From: Acidimicrobiales bacterium
Lineage (GTDB): Bacteria; Actinomycetota; Acidimicrobiia; Acidimicrobiales; JAUJNH01
Assembly: GCA_038255915.1 (NCBI GenBank)
Contig: JBBSKY010000003.1
Coordinates: 10,577-74,576, forward strand
DNA length: 64,000 bases
Direction: 5' to 3'
Under the pieces are notes generated by a model. The model was not told where the DNA came from. It did not search any database and was given only the letters and a program-made list of their open reading frames with translations. The translations under genes and the position numbers were made by a program. Positions 1-12,708 of this stretch are shown here, in pieces (the first letter of the stretch is position 1; every line of letters begins with the position of its first letter).

Positions 1-560
1 ACGATCCCCCCGGTGCTGCCGTAGCCACCGGCGTCGCCGAAGGGGAAGATCCCGCCGTCGCTGGCCACGAGCCAGTAGCCGTTGCCCGTCTTGGTGGCCG
101 CCATCCCCACCACCGGCTTGTTCAGCACGATGCCGCCCGTCGAGCCGTACCCGCCGGCGTCACCGAACGGGAAGATCCCCCCGTCGCTCGCCACCAGCCA
201 GTAGCCGTTGCCCGTCGGGGTCGCGGCCATCCCCACCACCGGCTTGTTCAGCACGATGCCGCCGGTCGAGCCGTACCCGCCGGCGTCACCGAACGGGAAG
301 ATCCCCCCGTCGCTGGCCACCAGCCAGTACCCCCGGCCCGTCGGCGACGCCGCCATCCCGACGATCGGCTTGTTCAGCCGGATGGCGCCCGTCGAGCCGT
401 ACCCGCCGGCGTCACCGAACGGGAAGATCCCCCCGTCGCTGGCCACCAGCCAGTACCCCCGGCCCGAGGGCGAGGCGGCCATCCCGACCAGCGGGAAGTT
501 GAGGGGCTTGCCGGCGGTGGAGCCCAGGTCGGGGGCGTCACCGAAGGCGAACACCTCCTT
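1..560. repeat. 126-bp tandem repeat (coding, at least 4.4 units) encoding the 42-aa protein repeat
   Basis: The anchor word caccgaacgggaagatcccc or a close variant starts at 35, 161, 287, 413 and 539, giving a period of 126. By eye I count about 10-15 mismatches per 126-bp unit between neighbouring units. Confidence 0.85.
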
Positions 561-1154
561 GGCGGGGGCCGAGGTGGGGGCGGCGGGCAGGCAGGGGGCG
601 CTGTGGGTCGCCGTGCGGTTGTCAGTGCGGCTGGTGGTGGTGCACGCCGGGCTCCACACCCACGGCGGCGTGCACAGGGCGATGCGGCAGACCACGGGCC
701 CGGCGCAGGCGATCTGGGTGTTGCACTGGCCGTAGCGGAACTGGTTGCAGCACACCCTGCGCTCGTCGCAGGTGCCCGAGGCGCACCGGCAGCTGCACTG
801 GGTGGGGCAGGTGGCGTTGCAGTCGACGATGTAGCGGGCTGCACCGCTGCAGAAGGGCGAGGCGTCGATCTTCCACCAGCCCGCCGCGAACGAGCCGGGC
901 GGGCAGGTGTTGGAGCCGTGAACGGTGCAGCAGAACGCCGTCCACCCCTCGCTGCAGGTGGCGCCGTCGCCGCACACCGAGGCGTAGGCCGTGCCGGGGC
1001 GCAGGATGTAGCCGACCCCTCCGGTGGCCAGGGCCGAGCCGACGACGGCGGCGGCCTGAAGGACGCTGCGTCGGTCGGTCCCCCGGTCGAGGGCGATGGC
1101 GGCCCGCTCGACGAGGCGCTCGGTCAGGGGTCGCCGGGTCGCCTCCGCGGCCAT
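1..1154 (-). CDS. Tat-signal secreted protein: 20-Cys domain followed by tandem 42-aa beta-propeller-like repeats (C-terminus beyond window edge)
   Basis: Own minus-strand translation from ATG 1154..1152 (ATGA overlap with the stop of ORF 1154..1645). It is open to the window edge, so it is absent from the ORF track. N-terminus is MAAEATRRPLTERLVERAAIALDRGTDRRSVLQAAAVVGSALATGG (RR motif plus hydrophobic region). About 105 aa follow with 20 Cys (VCGDGATCSEGWTAFCCTVHGSNTCPPGS...RVCCNQFRYGQCN...). Then come at least 5 units of GYWLVASDGGIFPFGDAGGYGSTG.I.LNKP.VGMAA. Confidence 0.8.
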   Translation of the reverse strand, partial: MAAEATRRPLTERLVERAAIALDRGTDRRSVLQAAAVVGSALATGGVGYILRPGTAYASVCGDGATCSEGWTAFCCTVHGSNTCPPGSFAAGWWKIDASPFCSGAARYIVDCNATCPTQCSCRCASGTCDERRVCCNQFRYGQCNTQIACAGPVVCRIALCTPPWVWSPACTTTSRTDNRTATHSAPCLPAAPTSAPAKEVFAFGDAPDLGSTAGKPLNFPLVGMAASPSGRGYWLVASDGGIFPFGDAGGYGSTGAIRLNKPIVGMAASPTGRGYWLVASDGGIFPFGDAGGYGSTGGIVLNKPVVGMAATPTGNGYWLVASDGGIFPFGDAGGYGSTGGIVLNKPVVGMAATKTGNGYWLVASDGGIFPFGDAGGYGSTGGI

Positions 1155-1645
1155 CAGGAACCCACCTGCACGCTGGCGAGCACCTCGTTGGCCCGGGGCA
1201 CCAGCTTGCGGGCCAGGCCGTGGGAGCCGAGGACCACGTAGAGGCCGAGCGCCCGGCCGTTGATCGTATACCACGACTGGTGGCCGGCCTGGCCGAGGAG
1301 GGTGCGCTGGAGGCCGTTGCGGGCGAACCTCGACGGCTCCAGCCGGGGGAGGCGGTCGCCGGCGAACAGGGCCGTGCCGGCGCACTCGGGCCCGAACTCG
1401 AGCAGGGCCACGAACACGTCGTCGGGTCCCATCACCTCGACGGCCCCGCTGCCGAAGTCGCCCCGGTCGCCCGGCAGCCCGAAGGTGGCCAGGTGGGCCA
1501 CCGGCAGGACCTGCTCCTCGGGGAGGGGCGTGGCCCCGTACTGGGCGCCGGCGACGCGGGCCTGCACCCGGTCGAGGCGGCGGGAGATGGCCCCTTCCCA
1601 CCCCCTCGGGAGGTCGACGCTGAGGCCGTGGGCGGCGAGGTGCAT
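1154..1645 (-). CDS. Hypothetical cytoplasmic protein, translationally coupled to the Cys-rich repeat protein
   Basis: ORF track, 163 aa with ordinary (not Arg/Pro-shadow) composition. ATG at 1645. Its stop overlaps the downstream start (ATGA at 1151-1156). I recognise no family motif. Confidence 0.6.
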   Translation of the reverse strand: MHLAAHGLSVDLPRGWEGAISRRLDRVQARVAGAQYGATPLPEEQVLPVAHLATFGLPGDRGDFGSGAVEVMGPDDVFVALLEFGPECAGTALFAGDRLPRLEPSRFARNGLQRTLLGQAGHQSWYTINGRALGLYVVLGSHGLARKLVPRANEVLASVQVGS

Positions 1646-1711
1646 GGCGGTGCTCCGATGTCGTGCGGCGGGTTGGGGTGCCGAAGGTGGGTGCGGGGGG
1701 AGGTCAACGGA

Positions 1712-2320
1712 TCAGGCGGCGGGCAGGACCAGCAGGAGGGCCAGGGCGGCGACCCCGGCCTGGGACGAGCGGACGGCGCGGTCGGCGGGTCGGGCCCACG
1801 ACGAGAGGCGCAGGTGGAGGCGGCGGAGGCCCTCCGGCGTCGAGGTGCGGGCGGTGAGCAGCAGGGGCATGGCCCGAACCGACCCGAAGGCCAGGCCGAC
1901 GACGGCGCCTCCGGCCACCGACTGGGAGGCCAGGGCGGCGACGAGGGCGGCCCAGGTGGCCGACGCCGTCACGATGGTGACGACGCCGAGCCCGAGCTGG
2001 AAGCCGAAGCCGACGCCCACCACCCAGCCCCGGTAGCGCCCGATCCACCCCTCGTCGACCTGGCGGCGCAGCGTGGGCAGGCGCAGGCCGAGGAGCCGGG
2101 CGTCGGCGGCGAGGCCGAGGAGGGCGGCGACGGCCACCACCAGCAGGGCGCCTTTCGGCGGCAGGTCGAGCCCGGCGGCCCCCAGGCCGGCGCCGACCAG
2201 GCCGGCGGCGGCGCCCACGACCAGCCCCCCGAGCCCGCACGCGACCGCGTAGGACCCCGCGGTAAGCCACCACCGGCTGCCGCGCCCCTGCTCGCCGAGC
2301 GGGGTGATGCTGCCCAGCAT
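1712..2320 (-). CDS. Polytopic membrane protein of unknown function
   Basis: ORF track, 202 aa. ATG at 2320 is preceded by GAGGCGAG. It has several Gly/Ala/Leu/Val-rich hydrophobic spans (GLGGLVVGAAAGLVGAGLGAAG, ALLVVAVAALLGLAA, VVGVGFGFQLGLGVVTIVTA, AGVAALALLLVLPAA). Confidence 0.6.
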   Translation of the reverse strand: MLGSITPLGEQGRGSRWWLTAGSYAVACGLGGLVVGAAAGLVGAGLGAAGLDLPPKGALLVVAVAALLGLAADARLLGLRLPTLRRQVDEGWIGRYRGWVVGVGFGFQLGLGVVTIVTASATWAALVAALASQSVAGGAVVGLAFGSVRAMPLLLTARTSTPEGLRRLHLRLSSWARPADRAVRSSQAGVAALALLLVLPAA

Positions 2321-2397
2321 CGACTCGCCTCAGGGCGACCAGGTCGAGCGGACCGCGGCCAGGGCGGCGAGGAGGACCCCGAGGGTCACCACGGGGG

Positions 2398-3168
2398 TCA
2401 TGACGGGGCCACCGGGGCGGGCCCGTCGTCGGCGGCGTCGAGGGGGCGGTAGAGGCTCGGGTCGCCGGGGCGGAGCCCGGCCCGGATCAGCGTGTCGTCG
2501 ATCTCACCCTCCCGCTCGGCGTCGGCCCGGGCCTTGTCGCCCCGGCGGGCGGCCAGTCGGGTCCGGTGGGCGGCGTCGTCGACCGATCGACCGAGCAGCG
2601 ACAGGACCTGGGCGAAGGTGGGCGCCGTTCCTTCGCCCGCCACCTTGCCCGAGGCCCCGTCGACCAGCACCACGTAGGGCGAGCCGGGGACGGCGTAGTC
2701 CTGCCAGGCCTGGGTGGACAGGACTGTGGGCAGGTGACGGGGCGCCAGCTCGGCCAGCAGCGAGACGTGCTCGCGGTCGGCGGCCTGAGCCACCACGACC
2801 AGGCGGGTGCCCTGGGGCAGGGCGAGGTCGGGGTCGGCCATCGCCTCCCAGAAGGCGCCGCAGGTCGAGCACCCACTCGAGAGGAAGGCCAGGATCGTGT
2901 CGTGCTCGACCTCGGTGACCCGGATGGCCAGGGCGCTGTCGTCGAGGCCGAGGCCGCTGACGTCGTGAGCCGGCAGCGAGGCCGGGCGGCCGGCCGTGGG
3001 GCCGGGCAGCTCGGTGCGGGGGCGGCGCGTCGGGGTGGGTCGCTCGGCTGAGTCGACCCCGAGCTCGTGGAAGCGGCGCAGGATGGTGGCGTGGCTGCGG
3101 AGCAGGCCGCTGACCAGGACGACCAACACGGCGAGCACCACCGTCTCGAGCACGACGAGGACGGTCAC
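2398..3168 (-). CDS. Membrane-anchored thioredoxin-like protein (TlpA/MauD-like)
   Basis: This is the C-terminal 256 codons of track ORF 2398..4104. GTG at 3168 overlaps the stop of the upstream gene (GTGA). N-terminal TM is VTVLVVLETVVLAVLVVLVSGLL. The CxxC motif lies in AFLSSGCSTCGAFWE. The upstream 300 aa of the track ORF are an Arg/Pro/Gly shadow overlapping other genes. Confidence 0.75.
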   Translation of the reverse strand: MTVLVVLETVVLAVLVVLVSGLLRSHATILRRFHELGVDSAERPTPTRRPRTELPGPTAGRPASLPAHDVSGLGLDDSALAIRVTEVEHDTILAFLSSGCSTCGAFWEAMADPDLALPQGTRLVVVAQAADREHVSLLAELAPRHLPTVLSTQAWQDYAVPGSPYVVLVDGASGKVAGEGTAPTFAQVLSLLGRSVDDAAHRTRLAARRGDKARADAEREGEIDDTLIRAGLRPGDPSLYRPLDAADDGPAPVAPS

Positions 3169-3692
3169 CGGCTCAGCTGGCGTTGGGCCGCCAGCAGGGC
3201 CGGCAGCGAGGTGAGGCACAGGCCCATGGCCCAGGCCCCGACCACCGCCGCGGCGACGTAGGGCAGGCCGAGGACGGGCTGGTCGGCGAGCACCGTGGGC
3301 AGCGCGGGGACCGAGTCGACCAGGGCGACGGCCACGAGCCCGCCGGCGAGGAGGTTCACCACGACGTGGAGCAGGTCGGCCGGCGCCTCGGCGCCCCCGA
3401 AGCAGCCGCAGCTGGCCTTGGCCCCGGCCGCCCGGCGCAGCTGGGCGATGAAACCGGCGAAGCCGAGGTGGAGGAGCCCCAGGGCGACGGCGGGGACGAG
3501 ACCTCCGACGAGCAGGACGGCGCCGGCCACCGCGACCTCGACCAGGGCCAGGAGGCGCACCACCTGCGGGCCGCCGGGCAGGCCGGCCTGGCCCAGGGCG
3601 ACCGAGGCCGACGTCGGGTCCCCCAGCTTGGCCGCCGCCGCCACCAGGAGAAGGAGAGCGAGGGCGTGCACCACACCGACGAACATCACCAT
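3165..3692 (-). CDS. MauE/DoxX-family membrane protein
   Basis: In-frame ATG at 3692 (MVMFVGVVHALALLLLVAAA...). Four hydrophobic spans and the family-typical CGCFG motif (AKASCGCFGGAE). The first 79 codons of the track ORF overlap the rlmI-like gene end and are Arg/Pro-rich. Confidence 0.75.
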   Translation of the reverse strand: MVMFVGVVHALALLLLVAAAAKLGDPTSASVALGQAGLPGGPQVVRLLALVEVAVAGAVLLVGGLVPAVALGLLHLGFAGFIAQLRRAAGAKASCGCFGGAEAPADLLHVVVNLLAGGLVAVALVDSVPALPTVLADQPVLGLPYVAAAVVGAWAMGLCLTSLPALLAAQRQLSR

Positions 3693-3748
3693 GACAGTAC
3701 CGAGAGACGGCCCGATTCGACGTGCATCGCGAAGCGGTGGGCAGGCCG

Positions 3749-4996
3749 CTACGGAGGGGACCGGTGGACGCGGGCGAAGAGCGCCTTGAGGTAGGCGCCC
3801 TGGGGGAAGCCGACGGGATGGTCGACGGGATGCCCCGTGTGGCGGATCTCCTCCAGCCGGCAGCCGGCCCCCGCGGCACCAGCGAGCACCTCGGCGAAGA
3901 AGTCGTCGGCACCGATCCGGCTGGAGCACGAGGCCTGGACCAGCAGCCCGCCGCCCTCGACGAGCCGCACGGCCAGGTCGGTGAGGCGCCGGTAGGCCCG
4001 CCGCGCCCCCGCCACCCCGGCCTGGGTGTGGGCGAACGAGGGAGGGTCGACGACGACCACGTCGTAGCGCTCGCCGGCGGCGCCCAGAGCGGCCATGACG
4101 GCAAAGGCGTCGCCGACGGTGCTGTCCAGGCGGCAGCCCCGGACCGCCGACAGGGCCTTGTTGTGGCCGAAGTTTGCCCGGGCCGTGTCCAGCGCCCCGG
4201 CGCTCAGGTCCACGCAGCGCACCGACCGGGCCCCGCCCGCGGCAGCGGACAGCGAGAAGCCCCCGGTGCAGGCGAACACGTCGAGCACCCGGGCATCGGC
4301 GGCCTGGTCGCCCACCAGCCGGCGGTTCTCGCGCTGGTCCAGGAAGTGGCCCGTCTTCTGCCCGACGACGATGTCGGCCTCCAGCACCAGGCCGTTCTCC
4401 CGGAACAGCACCGGCCCGCCCGGGTCCTCACCCACCAGGACGGTGCCGTCGGCCAGGCCGGGGAGATCGTCGCCCAGGGCCCGGCTCAGGCGCAGGACCA
4501 CGACCTCCGGAGCCAGCAGCTGCCCGAGCACCGCCACCACGGTGCGCAGGTGGGGCACCCAGGCCGCCGAGTAGAGCTTGACGACCAACGCCGGGCCGTA
4601 GCGGTCGACCACCAGACCGGGAAGGCCGTCGTTCTCGCCGTGCACGCAGCGGAACCCGGTGGTCTCGGTCGAGGCGAGGAGCCCGGCGCGGCGGTCCAGG
4701 GCGTCGGCGAACCGCTGGCGCCACCAGGCGTCGTCGATCGGCACGGGCGGGCCGTGGTGCAGCATCCGCACCCGGATCGGCGAGGCTGGGTCGTACAGGC
4801 CGATGCCCTGGAAGCGGCGCTCACCATCGAAGATGACGGCGAGGTCGCCGGCCCGGCCGCCGTCGGGGCACGACGTGATCGACGACTCGAACACCCACGG
4901 GTGGCCGCCCCGGATCTGGCGCAGGGCGTCCTTGGTCACCCGCACGGCCAGCCGCCGCTCCCCCGGCAGCGGCAGCCGGGCCAGGGCGTCGTCCAC
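3749..4996 (-). CDS. Class I SAM-dependent rRNA methyltransferase, RlmI/RlmK-like (PUA-like N-terminus)
   Basis: 415 aa. GHPWVF near the N-terminus, QKTGHFLDQRENR, the SAM-binding stretch VLDVFACTGGFS, and VVVVDPPSF. Confidence 0.85.
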   Translation of the reverse strand: MDDALARLPLPGERRLAVRVTKDALRQIRGGHPWVFESSITSCPDGGRAGDLAVIFDGERRFQGIGLYDPASPIRVRMLHHGPPVPIDDAWWRQRFADALDRRAGLLASTETTGFRCVHGENDGLPGLVVDRYGPALVVKLYSAAWVPHLRTVVAVLGQLLAPEVVVLRLSRALGDDLPGLADGTVLVGEDPGGPVLFRENGLVLEADIVVGQKTGHFLDQRENRRLVGDQAADARVLDVFACTGGFSLSAAAGGARSVRCVDLSAGALDTARANFGHNKALSAVRGCRLDSTVGDAFAVMAALGAAGERYDVVVVDPPSFAHTQAGVAGARRAYRRLTDLAVRLVEGGGLLVQASCSSRIGADDFFAEVLAGAAGAGCRLEEIRHTGHPVDHPVGFPQGAYLKALFARVHRSPP

Positions 4997-5048
4997 CCCG
5001 ACAGGCTCGCGCCGCAGCGAGGGCCCCGTGGGGCCCGGCCCCGTTGGC

Positions 5049-5840
5049 TCAGCCGCTCTCGCTGCGGCCGGTCTTCCAGTACCCCCGCACGTGGACCGAC
5101 GAGCGGGTCAGACCCCGCTCCTCGAACAGGTGGCGGCGGATGCGCTGGACCGCCGCCGCCTCACCGGCCACCCAGACCTTTTCCTCGGCGGTCGGCTGGG
5201 CGGCTCGCACCGCGACGACCAGGGCATCGCCCGGGGTGGCGCCGGCGGCCAGGTCGCACCACTCGATCTGGGCCCCCGGGTGCTGGGGCAGCTCGAGCCG
5301 GCCGGTGGGCGCCGCCACCTCGATCCGCACCCGCACCGACACCTCGGCGTCGAGGACCTCGAGCAGCTGGCTGATGGCGGGGATGGCCGTCTCGTCTCCG
5401 GCCAGGAGGAACGAGGAGGCGTCAGGATCGACGCCGTACCCCCGCCCCGGACCGGAGACCGCAACCTCGGCACCGGAGGTGGCCGCTTCGGCCCACGCCG
5501 AGGCCGGCCCGCCGCCGTGGATCACGACCTCGAGATCCAGCTCCAGCGCCTCGGCGTCGAACCGCCGGGGGGTGAGGGTGCGGATGAGCGGCCGCCGCCC
5601 GTCGGGCAGGAGGAACTCGTTGCCGTTCCAGGTGAGCTGCGCCGGTTGCCGCCCGCCCGGCTCCGGCAGCAGCAGCCGCACGCTGGCCGCCGGCTCGTCG
5701 AGGACGAAGCCCTCCAGCTCAGGACCGGCCACGGTGACCCCGACCAGGCGGGGGCTGCGGCGCTCAAGCCGCCGCACCGCCACCGGCCGGAACCGTGGCG
5801 GCTCCCGGCGAACCCGGCTGGCCGGCTCCACGAGCTCCAC
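5049..5840 (-). CDS. Siderophore-interacting protein (ViuB/SIP-type FAD-binding reductase)
   Basis: C-terminal part of track ORF 5049..6200. GTG at 5840 lies just after the mscS stop. Motifs: RLLLPEP, RTLTPRRFD, GPGRGY, FLLAGDETAIPAI, VWVAGEAAAVQRIRRHL. Confidence 0.75.
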   Translation of the reverse strand: MELVEPASRVRREPPRFRPVAVRRLERRSPRLVGVTVAGPELEGFVLDEPAASVRLLLPEPGGRQPAQLTWNGNEFLLPDGRRPLIRTLTPRRFDAEALELDLEVVIHGGGPASAWAEAATSGAEVAVSGPGRGYGVDPDASSFLLAGDETAIPAISQLLEVLDAEVSVRVRIEVAAPTGRLELPQHPGAQIEWCDLAAGATPGDALVVAVRAAQPTAEEKVWVAGEAAAVQRIRRHLFEERGLTRSSVHVRGYWKTGRSESG

Positions 5841-5842
5841 TG

Positions 5843-6880
5843 CTACCTCTCCGACGAGACGCCGCTGCCGACCGGCTCCCGATCCTCCTCGTTGCGGTGC
5901 CAGATGGTCCGTTGCGGGAACGGGATCTCGATGCCCTCGGCGTCGAACTCCCGCTTGATGCGGGCCCGCAGCTCGCGGGCCACCTTCCACTGGGTCAGGG
6001 GCTGGGTCTGGACCACCAGACGGATGGTCACGCCGTCGGCGGCAAGCTCCTCTACGCCCCACACCTCGGGTGTCGACAGGATGCACGCCGACCACTCGGG
6101 GTCGTCGTGCAGGCCCTCGGCCACCCGTTCGATGACCCGGACGGCGTCGTCGGTCGGGGTCTGGTAGGAGACCTGGATGTCGAGCAGGGCCCGCGACCAC
6201 TCCTGGGACTTGTTGGCCACCCGGGCGATCTCACCGTTCGGGATGTGCCACACGTTGCCCTCCACGTCGCGCAGGCGGGTGGCGCGCAGGCTGATGCCCT
6301 CCACCGTGCCCGTGGCCGGGCCCACGTCGATGACGTCGCCGACGCCGTACTGGTCCTCGATCAGGATGAAGAAGCCGGAGAAGAAGTCGCGCACCAGGTT
6401 CTGGGCGCCGAAGCCCAAGGCGATGCCGGCGATGCCGGCACCGGCGACCAGCGGGCCCAGGTTCACGCCGAGCTCGCCCAGCACCATCAGGCCCGCCATA
6501 CCCCAGACCATGAAGCCGGCGGCGCTGACCAGGAGGGTGCCGATGGTCTCGGCCCGCTGGACGGTGCGGACGCTGGTCCGACCGCCGGTGCGCAGCAGCG
6601 CGCCAGGCGAGCGGTCGCCCACGTTCGCAGCGCCTTCGGCGGTGACCGACTTGAGGCCCCGCGTGAAGCGGCGGATCCCCCGGCGCAGGAGCCAGGTGGC
6701 CACCATCGCCAGGACGACGATGAGGGCGATCTTGATCGGCTTGGCCAGGAAGATGTCGGCGGCCTGGGCCAGCGACTCCCTGTTGGTCACCTTGAAGACC
6801 CCGGTGCAGAGCTTGCCGGCCTGTCCGGCCTCGCCGCAGGCGGTGATCACCGTCTCAGCGTGTCCCAGGAGCGGGCTCAC
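5843..6880 (-). CDS. Mechanosensitive ion channel, MscS family
   Basis: GAGIAGIALGFGAQNLVRDFFSGFFILIEDQYGVGDVIDV is the MscS signature region. The start is uncertain: in-frame GTG at 6880 is preferred, while the track start at 6982 would add an Arg-rich extension. Confidence 0.85.
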   Translation of the reverse strand: MSPLLGHAETVITACGEAGQAGKLCTGVFKVTNRESLAQAADIFLAKPIKIALIVVLAMVATWLLRRGIRRFTRGLKSVTAEGAANVGDRSPGALLRTGGRTSVRTVQRAETIGTLLVSAAGFMVWGMAGLMVLGELGVNLGPLVAGAGIAGIALGFGAQNLVRDFFSGFFILIEDQYGVGDVIDVGPATGTVEGISLRATRLRDVEGNVWHIPNGEIARVANKSQEWSRALLDIQVSYQTPTDDAVRVIERVAEGLHDDPEWSACILSTPEVWGVEELAADGVTIRLVVQTQPLTQWKVARELRARIKREFDAEGIEIPFPQRTIWHRNEEDREPVGSGVSSER

Positions 6881-7039
6881 GAGAGCAGGCCCCAGGTCTG
6901 GATGTCGGGCATCAGCATCTCCCCTTCGCGGCCGACGTGCGGCCACCCAGTCACAACGGCCTCGCCGAGCCGCACCCGTCATCCTTCCCAGCCGCCCCTC
7001 CTCCGAACCGCGCTCGGAGGATCGGCGCTACCGGGAGGT

Positions 7040-7537
7040 TCAGGAGACGGCCGCCGACCGGCGAGCGGCGAGGTCGGTGCACTCGGCGCAGACCTCGGCC
7101 GGGATGACACCGGCCCGCATCGCAAGCCCGAAGACCTTGCACCCGATGCAGAAGCCGAGGACGGCCTCCAACGTCGCCGCCACCAGGATCATCCCCACGA
7201 GCACATCGGCGACACCGGCCGCCCCGAACCCGAAGTGGGCGACGACGGCGGTCGCCGAGATCGTCGCCCCGATCCCCTGGGCGAACCGCTTCGGAGGACC
7301 AGCCACCAAACGGGGCGCGATCCCGAGGCGAGGCGTCACCACCCGGGTGACGAGCTGGCCGAGAGGGCTGAGCGTCGGCCCGGTCAGCACCCGAGCGAGG
7401 AAACCGTAGGCCAGCGGAAGCAGCAGCCACGGCTGATCAAGCCCCAGCGCAAGCGCACCGAGCAGCACCACCCCCGCCGCCACCAGCCGCGCCGACACCT
7501 CGTTCACCGGGTTCGGAAAGCCGAGGATGTCCCGCAC
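7040..7537 (-). CDS. DUF4395-like membrane protein
   Basis: 165 aa with a GTG start. It has hydrophobic spans plus a C-terminal GFCIGCK...CAEC pattern that I associate with DUF4395. Confidence 0.65.
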   Translation of the reverse strand: MRDILGFPNPVNEVSARLVAAGVVLLGALALGLDQPWLLLPLAYGFLARVLTGPTLSPLGQLVTRVVTPRLGIAPRLVAGPPKRFAQGIGATISATAVVAHFGFGAAGVADVLVGMILVAATLEAVLGFCIGCKVFGLAMRAGVIPAEVCAECTDLAARRSAAVS

Positions 7538-7645
7538 ACCGGAAATCCTACCTCTCTGGTCAGGTTTTCGGGCTCACACCGCCCGGCACGCTGCCGCGGA
7601 CGCGGGCAGGTGGCGCCGGCCGGCCCGCCGGGTAGACCAGCAGCC

Positions 7646-11897
<4,252 letters not shown>

Positions 11898-11912
11898 TCG
11901 AACGCGTTGGGT

Positions 11913-11944
11913 CTGGTGACCGGTTCAGGCGAACCGGTCACCAG
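11913..11944 (+). terminator. Hairpin after katG (14-bp perfect stem, 4-nt loop)
   Basis: ctggtgaccggttc-aggc-gaaccggtcaccag, 16 nt after the katG stop. There is no U-tract, as is common in actinobacteria. Confidence 0.6.
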
Positions 11945-12065
11945 GCCACCAAAGAGGTTCTGGTCCGCCGCCGCCGCTACCGGGGAGGGCAGTCATGGTG
12001 TCCGGTGCTGGTGCGCTCGCAAGATCTGACCCCGAGACGCGACGGGCCCCCGAGCCGTGTAAATC

Positions 12066-12695
12066 GTGTACAGTGCCCACATGGCTCTCCGCCCAACTAC
12101 TGCGCCAAGTCTGAATACCGACAACACGGCATCGAAGTCCGCGAAGACGGTAAAGCGATCGACGAGGACCGGCTCGGTCAAAGTCCGGAGGGGCGTCTCG
12201 GTGGTGGACAAGATCGCAGCGCGAGCGGCCACGGACGTCGACTTCCGCCGCGTGCTCGATCTCGTCGCAGACCTCCCCGCGCGGCCCGCAGACGAGCCCG
12301 TCGCCTACGCTGCGCGAGCCGTGAACGGTGCTCGTCGTCGGGTCATGCACGACGAATTCAGGGCGCAGGCGCTGACGACCGAGGCGGCCCGTCAACTGTT
12401 GGGTGTGGCCCGTGCACAGAACCTCCACACCGCCCGCCAGCGAGGGCGCCTCATCGGCCAGACCTTCGGGAACGTCACCTACTACCCAGCTTGGCAGTTC
12501 GACGACGGCGCAATCCGTACTGACCTGGCACAGATCCTGCAGGCTCTCGGCCGGTACGCCGCTGACGCAGTCATCGCTGACAGGGTGATGCGTCTTCCCA
12601 GAGAAGACCTGGACGGGCGGAGCATCATCGATGCCCTCGACGACGGCCACCTCGCGCCGACCGCCTGGATCGTGCTGGCCGACTCGTCGCACTGA
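12066..12695 (+). CDS. Xre/MbcA/ParS-like antitoxin (HTH plus toxin-binding C-terminal domain)
   Basis: 209 aa, immediately upstream of a RES-domain gene. It has an HTH-like LTTEAARQLLGVARAQNLHTARQRGRL and a C-terminal VIADRVMRLPREDLDGRSIIDALDDGHL resembling the DUF2384-type domain. Start could be GTG 12066 or ATG 12081. Confidence 0.7.
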   Translation: MYSAHMALRPTTAPSLNTDNTASKSAKTVKRSTRTGSVKVRRGVSVVDKIAARAATDVDFRRVLDLVADLPARPADEPVAYAARAVNGARRRVMHDEFRAQALTTEAARQLLGVARAQNLHTARQRGRLIGQTFGNVTYYPAWQFDDGAIRTDLAQILQALGRYAADAVIADRVMRLPREDLDGRSIIDALDDGHLAPTAWIVLADSSH

Positions 12696-12708
12696 AGGCA
12701 ACGGCGGC

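Noticed and set aside
1-560. Tandem repeats considered as a possible CRISPR array or satellite
   Set aside because: There is no spacer/repeat alternation. The 126-bp units are contiguous, in frame, and encode the 42-aa protein repeat of a long ORF.
2398-4104. 568-aa minus-strand ORF
   Set aside because: The upstream 300 codons are Arg/Pro-rich and overlap both the MauE-like gene and the methyltransferase gene. The thioredoxin-like protein starts at GTG 3168, coupled to the MauE-like stop.
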